Positions 18,167 to 28,571 of a stretch of DNA of 64,000 nt are shown here, piece by piece (the first letter of the stretch is position 1; every line of letters begins with the position of its first letter). Source of the stretch: Nitrospirota bacterium (GTDB lineage: Bacteria; Nitrospirota; Thermodesulfovibrionia; UBA6902). The position numbers were made by a program, and so were the translations under genes. The notes below the pieces were generated by a model, which had not been told where the DNA came from, did not search any database, and saw only the letters and a program-made list of their open reading frames with translations. The stretch is from NCBI GenBank assembly GCA_016208905.1, contig JACQXG010000039.1:3439-67438 (forward strand), in the 5' to 3' direction.

Positions 18167-20566
18167 CTACTTTTGGCCTTTTCTCTTTTTTATGCTCTTT
18201 TTAACTCTCGTCTTACTGCTTGTCTTAAGGGCGTTTTTCAATACCTCGTCCATAGTTTCAACAGGTATAAACTGCATATCTTTTTTAATATATTTAGGGA
18301 TATCTTCAAGATCTTTTTCATTTCTTTTAGGAATAATTACTTTTTTGATGCCCATTCTCTTTGCTGCAAGGGCCTTCTCTTTTAATCCGCCTATCGGCAG
18401 TACGGTACCGCGCAGAGTTACTTCACCGGTCATGGCAATGCTTTTATGGACAGCCCTGCCCGTAAATATGGAAGCAATGGCTGTGGCCATAGTTATCCCC
18501 GCAGAAGGGCCGTCCTTCGGAATCGCGCCTGCCGGGACATGTATATGAATATCATTATCTGAAAACATGGTATTCTTTATACCGAGGCTTTTTGCCTTTG
18601 AACGTATATAACTTAAGGCTGCATGAGCGGACTCTTTCATTATGTCTCCAAGCTGACCGGTAAGGGTAATGCCGCCTTTGCCTTTCATTATAATTGCTTC
18701 AATATATATTATATCCCCCCCCGCTTCAGTCCAGGCCAATCCGGTTGAAACGCCGACCTCATCTTTCTTGATTTCCTCTTCAGGCAGATATTTAGGCACG
18801 CCGAGATATTTTGACAGATTTATCGAGGAAATATTATATTTTTTGGTCTTGCCTTCAGCAATCTTTCTTGCTACCTTCCTGCAGAGATTGGCGATCTCAC
18901 GCTCAAGGTTTCTTACGCCGGCCTCACTCGTATAGTGGGTGGTAATCTGCAAAAGCGCGCTGTCATTTATTTTAATATCTTTTCCAGAAATGCCATGTTC
19001 AGTCAGCTGCTTGGGGATGAGATAATTTTTGGCTATTCCAGCTTTTTCCTCAGCTGTATAACCGGATAAGTAAAGCACCTCCATTCTGTCTCTCAACGGA
19101 GAAGGAATTGGGTCCATCTGATTTGCAGTTGTTATAAACATTACGTTACTTAAGTCAAAAGGGACTCCCAGGTAATGGTCTGTAAAGGCAAAATTCTGCT
19201 CCGGATCCAAAACTTCTAAAAGCGCGGAGGCGGGATCGCCTCTGAAGTCCATGCCTATTTTGTCAACTTCATCGAGCATAAACACAGGATTGTTTTTGCC
19301 TGTTGTTTTGATACCCTGAATGACCCTTCCCGGCATGGCTCCGACATATGTCCTTCTGTGCCCTCTAATCTCGGCTTCGTCTCTCATTCCTCCGAGGGAC
19401 ATCCTGTAAAACTCCCTTCCAAGAGCTCTGGCAATTGACTTGCCGAGTGAAGTCTTGCCGACTCCCGGCGGTCCCACAAAACACAGAATGGGGCCCTTCA
19501 TTTTGTCTTTTAACTTCCTTACTCCAAGATATTCAAGGATTCGTTCTTTGACCTTTTCAAGATCATAGTGGTCTTCATCAAGGACCTTCTTTGCACGTTT
19601 TATGTCGAGATTATCTTTTGTGCTTTTTGACCATGGCAGTTCCACGAGCCAGTCAACATAAGTTCTGATAGTGCCGGCTTCTGCGCTGTCCTGATGCATT
19701 TTATCGAGACGATTGATCTGTTTTATGGCTTCTTTTTCTACCTTTTCGGGCATCTTTGCTTCGTCAATCTTCTTGCGCAGATCCATGATCTCTTCGGTCT
19801 TTTCATCTATTTCGCCAAGTTCTTTCTGTATGGCCTTCAGCTGCTCCCTGAGAAAATATTCCCGCTGAGTTTTATCTATTTCACCTTTGACGTCTGACTG
19901 GATTTTCTGCTGCACGAGCAGCAGCTCAACTTCTCTGTTCAGGATCTCACTGATTTTATTGAGTCTCAGGATGGGGTCTGTTTCCTCCAGTAATGCCTGT
20001 GCCTGCTCAGCCTTCAAGCCCAGATTTGACGCAACTAAATCTGCAAGCCGTCCCGGTTCTTCTATGTTTTCGATCAGGACAATAATATCAGGCAGGAAAG
20101 ACTTTCCGAGCGCCAGGGATTTATCTACAAGTTCTTTTACATTCCGCATAAGCGCTTCAACTTCTAAAGTTAATTCAGGCTGTTCCTGGTCAACGACTTT
20201 TTCAATCTCTCCGATATAAAACGGATCTGTCTGGTTGTAATTGAGAATCCTTGCTTTTGACAGGCCCTGAACAAGAATTTTAAGTCTTCCGTCCGGCAGT
20301 TTCAGCATTCTTAATATTGTCCCGACTGTACCAACTGCGTAAAGGTCATCTTTGGACGGTGACTCTATATTAACGTCTTTCTGCGAGACAAGCAAAATTA
20401 GTTTGTTGCTTTCAACTGCATGTTCAATTGCCTTTATTGATATATCTCTTCCCACAAACAGAGGTAGAATCATATACGGAAATATGACAACATCTCTTAC
20501 CGGAAGAATTGGCAGGGTTGTCGGAATTTCTATTTCACGCTCTTCCTTTATATCAAAATCTGACAT
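18167..20566 (-). CDS. lon: ATP-dependent Lon protease (LonA)
   Basis: Has the Lon N-domain, an AAA+ GPPGVGKTS, and the S16 catalytic PKDGPSAG...K. It is 799 aa long. Confidence 0.95.
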   Translation of the reverse strand: MSDFDIKEEREIEIPTTLPILPVRDVVIFPYMILPLFVGRDISIKAIEHAVESNKLILLVSQKDVNIESPSKDDLYAVGTVGTILRMLKLPDGRLKILVQGLSKARILNYNQTDPFYIGEIEKVVDQEQPELTLEVEALMRNVKELVDKSLALGKSFLPDIIVLIENIEEPGRLADLVASNLGLKAEQAQALLEETDPILRLNKISEILNREVELLLVQQKIQSDVKGEIDKTQREYFLREQLKAIQKELGEIDEKTEEIMDLRKKIDEAKMPEKVEKEAIKQINRLDKMHQDSAEAGTIRTYVDWLVELPWSKSTKDNLDIKRAKKVLDEDHYDLEKVKERILEYLGVRKLKDKMKGPILCFVGPPGVGKTSLGKSIARALGREFYRMSLGGMRDEAEIRGHRRTYVGAMPGRVIQGIKTTGKNNPVFMLDEVDKIGMDFRGDPASALLEVLDPEQNFAFTDHYLGVPFDLSNVMFITTANQMDPIPSPLRDRMEVLYLSGYTAEEKAGIAKNYLIPKQLTEHGISGKDIKINDSALLQITTHYTSEAGVRNLEREIANLCRKVARKIAEGKTKKYNISSINLSKYLGVPKYLPEEEIKKDEVGVSTGLAWTEAGGDIIYIEAIIMKGKGGITLTGQLGDIMKESAHAALSYIRSKAKSLGIKNTMFSDNDIHIHVPAGAIPKDGPSAGITMATAIASIFTGRAVHKSIAMTGEVTLRGTVLPIGGLKEKALAAKRMGIKKVIIPKRNEKDLEDIPKYIKKDMQFIPVETMDEVLKNALKTSSKTRVKKSIKKRKGQK

Positions 20567-20811
20567 GATCTCTCCTTTTTAGATATTAACCTTTTTTCCG
20601 AATATTATCGGGTCAATTTAAGAGAATCTCTCATTAAGCTATAAGACAATAACAAAAAATTAAGGATATTGTACCATGTTATCGGAGTTATTGAAAGAGG
20701 TTGTGAAAAAAGGAAAAGACGAATTTTTTAATTGAAAAAATAATAAATTAAAGATCAAAAATCAAAACGACAAATTGTAACTATTTAGAAAAATGAATTT
20801 CCGGAAACACT

Positions 20812-20835
20812 ACTGACTTATCTATATGATAAGTC
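20812..20835. terminator. hairpin downstream of galU
   Basis: The palindrome is tgacttatctatatgataagtca. Confidence 0.4.
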
Positions 20836-20843
20836 ATCTCTGC

Positions 20844-21722
20844 TTACTCACAATTATTTTTACACACGCAATTTTTAATAAATTCCTTTAAGTCGCCGCC
20901 GATGTCCTCCCTGTCCAGGGCGTATTTAAGTATGGCTTTCAGGTAGTTTAAAGGATCTCCCGTTGTGAGCCATTCACCTCCTTCTACTTCTTTAGCCATA
21001 AATATTCCCCCATTCTTAACGTATGTTCGAATGGCGTCAACAATCCAGAGTTCATTGTCTTTACCAAGGGGAATGCCTCTTAAAATATCAATGATATCCT
21101 GATTTAAAATCATACGTCCGAAATCAGCCAGTTGCGATGGCGCCTCATTGATTGACGGTTTTTCCACAATATCTTCAATCTCCATATTCCCCTTGCGCAA
21201 TTTCACAATCCCGTACCGGTTTACCACCTCTTTGGGCACTTTCTGTACCCCGATCATTAATTTGCCGTGACGTTTATGATCGTCTATCATCTGTTTGGTA
21301 AAAGGAATGTGTGATTTAACCAGATCATCACCCCATATGTATACGAAGGTTTCATTCTCAACCAGGCTGGCGGCCGACAATACCGGCGTGCCGTTTCCGT
21401 AGGGGCCTTTTTGCCTGACATAAATGAAATTAGCCATATCAGCAACTTTTTTAACATCCTTAACTCGCTTAAGCTTGCCTGCTTTTTGAAGTTCATCAAC
21501 CAATGCCCAGTTATGATCAAAGTGGTCCTCCAGGGGTTTTTTGTCCCACTTGGTTACCATAATGATATCCTCAATTCCGGCTGCGACCAATTCTTCGGCA
21601 ACTAATTGAATAATCGGCTTGTCCACGATCGGCAGCATCTCTTTCGGCATGGTCTTTGTGGCCGGTAAAAATCTTGTACCGGAACCGGCTACTGCTACTA
21701 CGGCTTTCCTGATTTTTGGCAT
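20844..21722 (-). CDS. galU: UTP--glucose-1-phosphate uridylyltransferase
   Basis: KAVVAVAGSGTRFLPATKTMPKEMLPIVDKPIIQ is a GalU N-terminal signature. An unusual Cys-rich C-terminus reads CVCKNNCE. Confidence 0.85.
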   Translation of the reverse strand: MPKIRKAVVAVAGSGTRFLPATKTMPKEMLPIVDKPIIQLVAEELVAAGIEDIIMVTKWDKKPLEDHFDHNWALVDELQKAGKLKRVKDVKKVADMANFIYVRQKGPYGNGTPVLSAASLVENETFVYIWGDDLVKSHIPFTKQMIDDHKRHGKLMIGVQKVPKEVVNRYGIVKLRKGNMEIEDIVEKPSINEAPSQLADFGRMILNQDIIDILRGIPLGKDNELWIVDAIRTYVKNGGIFMAKEVEGGEWLTTGDPLNYLKAILKYALDREDIGGDLKEFIKNCVCKNNCE

Positions 21723-22038
21723 AATACGTTAACTCCCTCTCAGTAATATTTATAAACTTTACATATTTATTGCGAGCATCTTCATGCGGTGTCACTTTTT
21801 AATTGACTCCCGAAGATTTTTGATGAAATATAGAACTTATTTATATCATTTTAAAAAAGATTTGAAGATTATGCAATCGATATCTTGTATGGCACTATTG
21901 TTTTAATTGACAAAAAAAGTTTGATTCCTTAAATTTAAGGACAAAAGTTCGAGAATACAAAAGATCAGAATAACTAAGAGTAAAATGCTATTGTACTTTT
22001 GTCCTATTGCACTTTAATGTATCAGGAGGCTGATTATA

Positions 22039-22455
22039 ATGAAAAGCAAGATTAAATTTGTCGAGAATATGCAATTTGTCGGAACTGCCGATTCCGGCCA
22101 CGCGGTTGTAATGGATGCACCGCCGTCTGCCGGCGGGAATAATATCGGGTCAAAACCTTCTGAACTTCTGCTCATGGCTTTTGGCGGGTGTTCAGGGATG
22201 GATGTTATTTCAATACTAAGAAAGAAGAAACAGGATGTTACAAATTTTGAAATAAACGTAAACGGCGAAACGCCTGAAAGTCATCCCCGTTCGTTTACTG
22301 ACATCCATATCGAATATATAGTTACAGGCCGGAATGTTTCGGAAGAGGCGGTAAAGCGTGCAATTGAACTGTCGCTTGGAAATTATTGCATGGTTGGAAA
22401 TACTATCGGCAAGGCCGCAAAGATAACGCATTCGTATAAGATCGTTCAGGAATAA
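22039..22455 (+). CDS. OsmC/Ohr family peroxiredoxin
   Basis: The conserved Cys pair (GGCSGMD ... GNYCMVGN) is present. Confidence 0.75.
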   Translation: MKSKIKFVENMQFVGTADSGHAVVMDAPPSAGGNNIGSKPSELLLMAFGGCSGMDVISILRKKKQDVTNFEINVNGETPESHPRSFTDIHIEYIVTGRNVSEEAVKRAIELSLGNYCMVGNTIGKAAKITHSYKIVQE

Positions 22456-22462
22456 AGGAGGC

Positions 22463-22565
22463 AGAGTTCAGAGTTATGAGTTATGAGTTATAAATCAGAG
22501 AATGATCGCAAGAAATAGGTTACATTCTTAATTCTTAACTCTTGACTCTTGACTCGTAACTCTTT
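22463..22565. repeat. inverted pair of heptanucleotide tandem arrays (gagttat x3 and aactctt-type), forming a hairpin
   Basis: Array 1 reads agagttcagagttatgagttatgagtta and array 2 reads ttaactcttgactcttgactcgtaactct. The pgpA TTG start lies inside array 2. Confidence 0.75.
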
Positions 22566-23016
22566 ATGTCCTTTGCAAACATTATTTAAATACGTCGCTA
22601 CGCTGGGCTTCATTGGATATCTGCCATATGCCCCCGGCACTTTTGGCTCTGCATTTGGCTTTTTATTTGTAGTATTAATCAAGCCTGATGATTTGAATCT
22701 CCTGATAATCTTCCTGCCTTTATTCCTTCTGGGTATAATAACTTCACATAACACTGAGAAGCTTCTTGGAAAAGACAGCGGGCACATCGTTATTGACGAG
22801 CTTTGCGGATACCTGATTTCCGTGTTGTTAGTTCCGAAGACATTCGGTTCTCTCCTTTCTGCATTTATATTATTCAGAGCGTTTGATATTTTTAAGCCGC
22901 CTCCGATACGCAAGATTGAAAAGGTTGTTCCGGGAGGAGCGGGGATTATGCTGGATGACGTCATGGCAGGGGGGTATGCGAATGTTTGTTTGCAGGTTTG
23001 GATGTATCTTACTTAG
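22549..23016 (+). CDS. pgpA: phosphatidylglycerophosphatase A
   Basis: ATLGFIGYLPYAPGTFGS matches the PgpA motif. There is no in-frame ATG, so TTG is the probable start. Confidence 0.75.
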   Translation: MTRNSLCPLQTLFKYVATLGFIGYLPYAPGTFGSAFGFLFVVLIKPDDLNLLIIFLPLFLLGIITSHNTEKLLGKDSGHIVIDELCGYLISVLLVPKTFGSLLSAFILFRAFDIFKPPPIRKIEKVVPGGAGIMLDDVMAGGYANVCLQVWMYLT

Positions 23017-23099
23017 CGGTTATATTTTATTAAGAAAAACTCATTGTCTTCACATGACATATACTTTATAATAACTAGGGCAAAGGATGAGGTAGAATT

Positions 23100-23417
23100 G
23101 TGGCGGAAGATTACAAGCAGACAATTGACGAAATAGTCAGAAAAATAGCTGAGAAATTCAATCCGTTAAAGATTATACTTTTTGGATCATACGCATACGG
23201 CAGTCCGACTAAAGACAGCGACATTGATCTCCTCATAATAAAAGAAAGTATTATCCCAAGGCACCAAAGGACAAAAGAAGTAAGGCGTATACTTAGAGGA
23301 ATGAAGGTGGCTGTAGACATACTTGTTTATACACCGGAAGAAGTCAGGAAGTGGGAAGGGATAGATACAGCATTTATCACAGGAGTGCTCAAAAAAGGTA
23401 AAGTCCTGTATGGATAA
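23100..23417 (+). CDS. minimal nucleotidyltransferase (MNT) domain protein, putative antitoxin
   Basis: Has LFGSYAYGSPTKDSDIDLLII (hG[GS] ... DxD), a GTG start and an AAAGGATGAGG RBS. Confidence 0.75.
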   Translation: MAEDYKQTIDEIVRKIAEKFNPLKIILFGSYAYGSPTKDSDIDLLIIKESIIPRHQRTKEVRRILRGMKVAVDILVYTPEEVRKWEGIDTAFITGVLKKGKVLYG

Positions 23418-23814
23418 ACAAGACAAAAAACAATCTCTTATAAAAGAATGGAGCTATAAGGCTGAAAGGGACATAGATACTGCCCGTTTGACACATGATA
23501 ACAGGCCTGAATATACAGATATCATTTGCTATCATTGTCAACAAGCAGTAGAAAAATATCTAAAGGCATATCTGGTTTACCTTGATACACCGTTTGAAAA
23601 GAAACACGACCTCGACTATCTTATAGATTTGATAGCAGACAACGACAAAGATATTGAACAGTTTTACGACATCGTAGAAACTCTTTCAGGATATGCAGTT
23701 GAAGTGAGATATCCTGATGACTGGTCAGAGCCAAGCCGGGAGGAAGCAAAAAACGCTTATAAGATTGCTTTGGACATAAAAGATTATGTGGTTAAGATGA
23801 TCAAGATGGATTAG
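23410..23814 (+). CDS. HEPN domain protein, putative toxin partner of the MNT
   Basis: Overlaps the MNT gene by 8 nt. Has a HEPN-like QQAVEKYLKAYL helix and EVRYPD, of COG2250 type. Confidence 0.7.
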   Translation: MDKQDKKQSLIKEWSYKAERDIDTARLTHDNRPEYTDIICYHCQQAVEKYLKAYLVYLDTPFEKKHDLDYLIDLIADNDKDIEQFYDIVETLSGYAVEVRYPDDWSEPSREEAKNAYKIALDIKDYVVKMIKMD

Positions 23815-23886
23815 AAGTTACAAGAAATAATACACAGCACTTTTTTATCTTTCTATGGTATCTTATTTGGGAAATCAAGAAAGACC

Positions 23887-24444
23887 TTGAGAAGTTTTAT
23901 TGCAATAGAATTACCGGACACAGTAAAATCAGCATTGCTGTCGCTTCAGCAGGAGCTTAAAACATGCGGAGCGGATGTAAGATGGGTCAGGCCGGAAGGC
24001 GTTCATCTTACATTGAAGTTTCTCGGGGATATCGAGGAAAAGCTGGTTGACGGAATAGTTGAAACATTAAAGGGGACATGCAGAAAATTCCAGAAGTTTA
24101 ATTGTGAAGTAAGGGGTATTGGTGTTTTTCCCGGGAACAAGGCACCGCGTGTATTATGGGCCGGTATAGAGGACCATGACGCATTGAAGCTCATTCAGAA
24201 GGAAATTGATACCGGGATGTCTTCACTCGGATTTGAACGGGAAGACAGAAAATTCACCCCGCATTTGACCCTGGGCAGGTTCAGGTCTTCAGAGGGGAAA
24301 ATGACTTTGATTAATAAGATGGGGGCCTATAAAGAATATAGCGTTGGCATAATTGATGTTAATCGTATATCATTTATGAGAAGCGATTTAGGCCCGGCAG
24401 GGGCAAAGTATACAAAGATAGCTGAGATACCATTGGGGGATTAG
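23887..24444 (+). CDS. thpR: RNA 2',3'-cyclic phosphodiesterase (2'-5' RNA ligase family, ThpR/LigT)
   Basis: Has two H-x-T-x motifs, HLTLKFLG and HLTLGRF. Confidence 0.85.
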   Translation: MRSFIAIELPDTVKSALLSLQQELKTCGADVRWVRPEGVHLTLKFLGDIEEKLVDGIVETLKGTCRKFQKFNCEVRGIGVFPGNKAPRVLWAGIEDHDALKLIQKEIDTGMSSLGFEREDRKFTPHLTLGRFRSSEGKMTLINKMGAYKEYSVGIIDVNRISFMRSDLGPAGAKYTKIAEIPLGD

Positions 24445-24495
24445 ATTTTAGACTGACAACTGACAACTAACAACTTTAAAATATAGGGAGGCAAA

Positions 24496-25491
24496 ATGTC
24501 TGATAAGGACCGTGCGAAGGCGCTTGAAGTTGCCATATCGCAAATAGAAAAGCAGTTCGGCAAAGGCGCTATTATGCGTCTGGGCTCAGAGGGAGTAGTA
24601 GAGATTCCTGCTATTCCGACAGGCTCTATCGGGCTGGATGCAGCCCTCGGAGTAGGCGGTTTTCCAAGAGGGAGGGTCATCGAAATTTACGGCCCTGAAT
24701 CTTCCGGGAAAACGACCCTCGCGCTTAGCGCCATCGCGCAGGCCCAGAAGGCAGGGGGAGCAGCAGCTTTTATTGATGCGGAACACGCGCTGGATGTATC
24801 CTATGCAGGAAGACTCGGGGTCAATATTAATGACCTGCTTATCAGCCAGCCGGACACCGGTGAACAGGCCCTGGAAGTCACTGAAACATTAGTCCGCAGC
24901 GGGGCAATTGATATCATAGTTATAGATTCAGTCGCGGCGCTTGTCCCGCGGGCGGAGATTGAAGGTGAAATGGGTGACAGTCTGCCGGGGCTTCAGGCAA
25001 GGCTTATGAGTCAGGCTTTAAGAAAACTCACCGCTGCTATTTCAAAGGGGCAGACAACGGTCATCTTCATCAATCAGATAAGAATGAAGATAGGGGTCAT
25101 GTTTGGAAATCCTGAAACAACGACCGGGGGAAACGCGCTCAAGTTTTATTCCTCAGTACGGCTTGATATCAGGAGGATTGAAGGCCTAAAAAACGGCCAG
25201 GAATCAATAGGCAACAGGGTGAGGGTAAAGGTTGTAAAAAATAAAGTCGCGCCTCCTTTTAAACAGGCGGAATTTGATATATTCTTTAATGAAGGGATTT
25301 CAAGGCTTGGCGAGCTTGTTGACCTCGGAATTGAGAAAAAAATAGTAGAGAGGGCGGGCGCATGGTATTCTTATAAAGGCAACAAGATAGGACAGGGTAG
25401 AGAAAATGCAAAGGAATATCTCAAGTCAAATCCTGAAATAGCAGGGGAGATTGAGACAAAAATACTTGAGGAATATAATTTTAAGAGGTAG
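24496..25491 (+). CDS. recA: recombinase RecA
   Basis: Has [12 protein letters not shown] Walker A and is colinear with RecA. Confidence 0.97.
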   Translation: MSDKDRAKALEVAISQIEKQFGKGAIMRLGSEGVVEIPAIPTGSIGLDAALGVGGFPRGRVIEIYGPESSGKTTLALSAIAQAQKAGGAAAFIDAEHALDVSYAGRLGVNINDLLISQPDTGEQALEVTETLVRSGAIDIIVIDSVAALVPRAEIEGEMGDSLPGLQARLMSQALRKLTAAISKGQTTVIFINQIRMKIGVMFGNPETTTGGNALKFYSSVRLDIRRIEGLKNGQESIGNRVRVKVVKNKVAPPFKQAEFDIFFNEGISRLGELVDLGIEKKIVERAGAWYSYKGNKIGQGRENAKEYLKSNPEIAGEIETKILEEYNFKR

Positions 25492-25494
25492 GTT

Positions 25495-26616
25495 ATGTCA
25501 AGAGATATTAATTCGCTTCTGGAAATAGCCGTTAAGCGGAATGCGTCGGACATGCATATAAAAGTAGGCAGTCCCCCGATTATCCGAATTGACGGCGCCC
25601 TGACAGCACTGCAGGATGAGCCCAAAATTACCGGGGAAGATGTTCAGAGTATAACCGCCATTGTACTGAAAGAACCTCAACAGGAACAGTTCGAAAAAAA
25701 CCGTGAGATTGATATGGCGTATAGTGTTTCAGGACTTGGAAGGTTCAGGTGTAATGTCTATTATCAGAGAGGCACGATAGGTATTGTTTTCAGGGTTATC
25801 CCCCCTAAAATTCTTGAACTGGAAGAGTTAATGATGCCCGTTGTAACAAAAAAAATCTCTTTAGAGCCCAGAGGCCTGGTCCTTGTGACCGGTACGACGG
25901 GAAGCGGCAAAAGCACTACGCTTGCATCAATGATAGATTATATAAACTCTCACAGGGCAGTGAATATTATAACGATTGAAGATCCGATTGAATTTTTACA
26001 CAGAGATAAAATGAGCATTGTAAGTCAACGGGAGATAGGCGCTGATGCAACGAATTTTGCCAAGTCCTTAAGAGCGGCTTTAAGACAGGACCCTGATGTT
26101 ATCCTGGTTGGTGAGATGCGTGATTTTGAAACCATAAAAACAGCGCTGGATGCCGCGGAAACAGGGCATCTGGTCCTCAGCACTTTACATACAACCGACA
26201 CCGTTGAGACCATAAACAGAATTATATCGGTTTTTCCGCCTTACCAGCACGGGCAGGTAAGGGCGCAGCTCGCTTCTGTTCTGAAGGCCATTATATCCAT
26301 GCGGCTTATTCCAAGGGCCGGCGGCAAAGGGAGGGTGCCTGCTGTCGAGATACTCATTAATACCGCCACAATAAGAAGCTGCATAGAGGAGCGGGACAAG
26401 ACAAAAAATATTCATGACTATATAGCGGAAGGTGTAAGCCAGTACGGGATGCAGACATTTGATCAGTCCCTTATGGGCCTATATAAGAAGGAGCTTATCA
26501 CGTATGAGGATGCAGTTAGTATTGCTACGAATCCCGATGATTTTATCCTCAAAATTAAGGGGGTTGAGTCCACAAAGGATATCTGGGGACCTGGCGGTCA
26601 CATAACCGGGAACTAA
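25495..26616 (+). CDS. pilT: type IV pilus retraction ATPase PilT
   Basis: Has GTTGSGKSTTLASMIDYIN, DPDVILVGEMRD and a His box. It lies 3 nt after recA. Confidence 0.9.
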   Translation: MSRDINSLLEIAVKRNASDMHIKVGSPPIIRIDGALTALQDEPKITGEDVQSITAIVLKEPQQEQFEKNREIDMAYSVSGLGRFRCNVYYQRGTIGIVFRVIPPKILELEELMMPVVTKKISLEPRGLVLVTGTTGSGKSTTLASMIDYINSHRAVNIITIEDPIEFLHRDKMSIVSQREIGADATNFAKSLRAALRQDPDVILVGEMRDFETIKTALDAAETGHLVLSTLHTTDTVETINRIISVFPPYQHGQVRAQLASVLKAIISMRLIPRAGGKGRVPAVEILINTATIRSCIEERDKTKNIHDYIAEGVSQYGMQTFDQSLMGLYKKELITYEDAVSIATNPDDFILKIKGVESTKDIWGPGGHITGN

Positions 26617-26617
26617 A

Positions 26618-27094
26618 ATGAAGAGGTCCCCGGGATCGAACGGTCCTCAAGTCAACGCAAAAACCTACGCTTTAAAACTCCTGAGTTACCGTTCCAGAAG
26701 CAAAAAGGAAATGCTCGAACGGCTGGGAAGAAAAGGCTTTGACAGCAGTCAGATTGACAGTGTAATAAAATTTCTGGAAGATACGGGTCTGATCAACGAC
26801 AGACTCCTCGCCTCGGACCTGGTCAAATATTCAACAGAAAGAAGACCCCTCGGCAAAAAAGGCATCGCGATGCTTCTCGCGAAGCGCGGAATAGACAGAG
26901 AACTTGCAGATAAAACCCTGTCGGTCCATACAGCAGAAATGGAAGACGCGGCAGCCCTCGAATTTGTGGAAAGAAAGATGAAGACTCTAAAGAACTATCC
27001 TGAGAATGTTATAAAACGAAGACTGTGGGGAATGCTCCAGCGGCGAGGGTTTTCCATTGAAGTAATTATCAGGGTTGTAAATTCAGTACGGTAG
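26618..27094 (+). CDS. recX: recombination regulator RecX
   Basis: ALKLLSYRSRSKKEMLERLGRKGF matches the RecX repeats. It starts 1 nt after pilT. Confidence 0.85.
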   Translation: MKRSPGSNGPQVNAKTYALKLLSYRSRSKKEMLERLGRKGFDSSQIDSVIKFLEDTGLINDRLLASDLVKYSTERRPLGKKGIAMLLAKRGIDRELADKTLSVHTAEMEDAAALEFVERKMKTLKNYPENVIKRRLWGMLQRRGFSIEVIIRVVNSVR

Positions 27095-27156
27095 GAAATC
27101 CCTCAGTTACGAGGGGGATTATCCAATCCCCACGACCGGATATGCAACATTAAATC

Positions 27157-28491
27157 TTACATCCTGAATATCTCAGGCTTGATCCATAAGATGGCAAGTG
27201 TTCCGGCAAGACAAAAACTTGCGCTTGTTAAAAGGGCATTTTGAGTGCCCACGTAATGTGCCAGGCTTCCGACGGTAAAATTCCCAAGGGGCGCCATTCC
27301 GAGAAACATTGTTGTAAAAGAACTCATTACCCTTCCCCTTAATTCATCAGGGACGGTAAGCTGTATAAGGTTGTTTGCCGTGGCTATCTGATTGATTGCT
27401 CCGAGGCCGACAAAAAAGAGCATCGCATAGGAAAGCCAGACTGTTTCAGAAAATGAAAATATAAGGAGCGCCACCGAAAAAATTATTCCTGCCGCTGCCA
27501 TGACCATCCCTTTTTTTGAGGTATTCCCCTTTAATGCCAGTCCTATCGCGCCTGTAAGGGCGCCTGCGCCTGCACATCCCATTAATATGCCGAGGCCTGT
27601 CTCTCCTGTTTTCAATATGTCCCTGGCATATACCGGTAAAAAAGAAATATAGGGGAACCCGAAGAAACTGATTATGCCTGCTGCTATCAAAAGAGTATAT
27701 ACCGACGGAGTGTTGCGGATATATTTAAGTCCTTCCTTTAAAGAAGTTTTGATTCCGGATGTCGTGCCTCTTTGCACATCAACAGGCTTGAAGCGCATTT
27801 TAATCAGGGCAGCGATTAAAGCAAGAAAGCTCAAGGCATTAATAAAAAAACATGAAGCAAGACCGACAGAACCCATGAGAATACCGGCCACTGCCGGTCC
27901 GATCATCCTTGCACTCTGAAAAGCCATGGAATTGAGCGCGATGCCATTGAGCAGGTCCTCCTTGCCAACCAGCTCAATGATAAAGGACTGCCGTGCAGGA
28001 ATTTCAAAAGCAAGCACAGTGCCTATGAGAAAGGCTATGATTAGCGCGTGCCAGATATTGACAACTCCGGTTGCGACCAGGACAGCGAGTATCAGTGTAA
28101 GAGATAAAAGTATGATATGGGCTATCAGCACTATAATCCTTTTTGAGTGCCTGTCTGCAATCACCCCGCCGGCCAGTGAGAAAAGGAGGATCGGGGCCGA
28201 CGCTGCTGTCCCTGCCAGTCCCAGAAAGAAAGGGGAGTTTGTTAATTCATAGACCAGCCAGCTCTGGGCGGCCTGGTGCATCCAGGTCCCTGTAAGTGAT
28301 ATTATCTGCCCGGTCCAGAAAAGCCTGAAATTCCTGTGTCTGAGCGCTGCAAAAGGGTGATATGCTTCCATTGTTAGTAATGATAACATACGAGGCTCTT
28401 GCAGAAGTCTTCTCTTTGTCACCTCGAACGAAGAGAGAGGTCTTATACATTGTTGATAGCAAAAGATTTCTCTCTTTGGTCGAAATGACAT
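27157..28491 (-). CDS. MFS transporter
   Basis: Has 12-TM MFS topology and an FRLFWTGQ N-terminal motif. The likely start is the internal Met at about 28389. Confidence 0.7.
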   Translation of the reverse strand: MSFRPKREIFCYQQCIRPLSSFEVTKRRLLQEPRMLSLLTMEAYHPFAALRHRNFRLFWTGQIISLTGTWMHQAAQSWLVYELTNSPFFLGLAGTAASAPILLFSLAGGVIADRHSKRIIVLIAHIILLSLTLILAVLVATGVVNIWHALIIAFLIGTVLAFEIPARQSFIIELVGKEDLLNGIALNSMAFQSARMIGPAVAGILMGSVGLASCFFINALSFLALIAALIKMRFKPVDVQRGTTSGIKTSLKEGLKYIRNTPSVYTLLIAAGIISFFGFPYISFLPVYARDILKTGETGLGILMGCAGAGALTGAIGLALKGNTSKKGMVMAAAGIIFSVALLIFSFSETVWLSYAMLFFVGLGAINQIATANNLIQLTVPDELRGRVMSSFTTMFLGMAPLGNFTVGSLAHYVGTQNALLTSASFCLAGTLAILWIKPEIFRM

Positions 28492-28571
28492 CTACAGGAA
28501 TTGAATTCTTTTGCAAGAGGCTCATATCATAAAGCGGTTCAAGCGGCTTATATTGTGGTATAATTTTAACC

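Noticed and set aside
21886-21906. TGGCAC-N5-TTTTA, a sigma-54-like -24 element upstream of osmC
   Set aside because: The -24 hexamer is perfect but the obligatory GC of the -12 element is missing, so it is probably a chance match.
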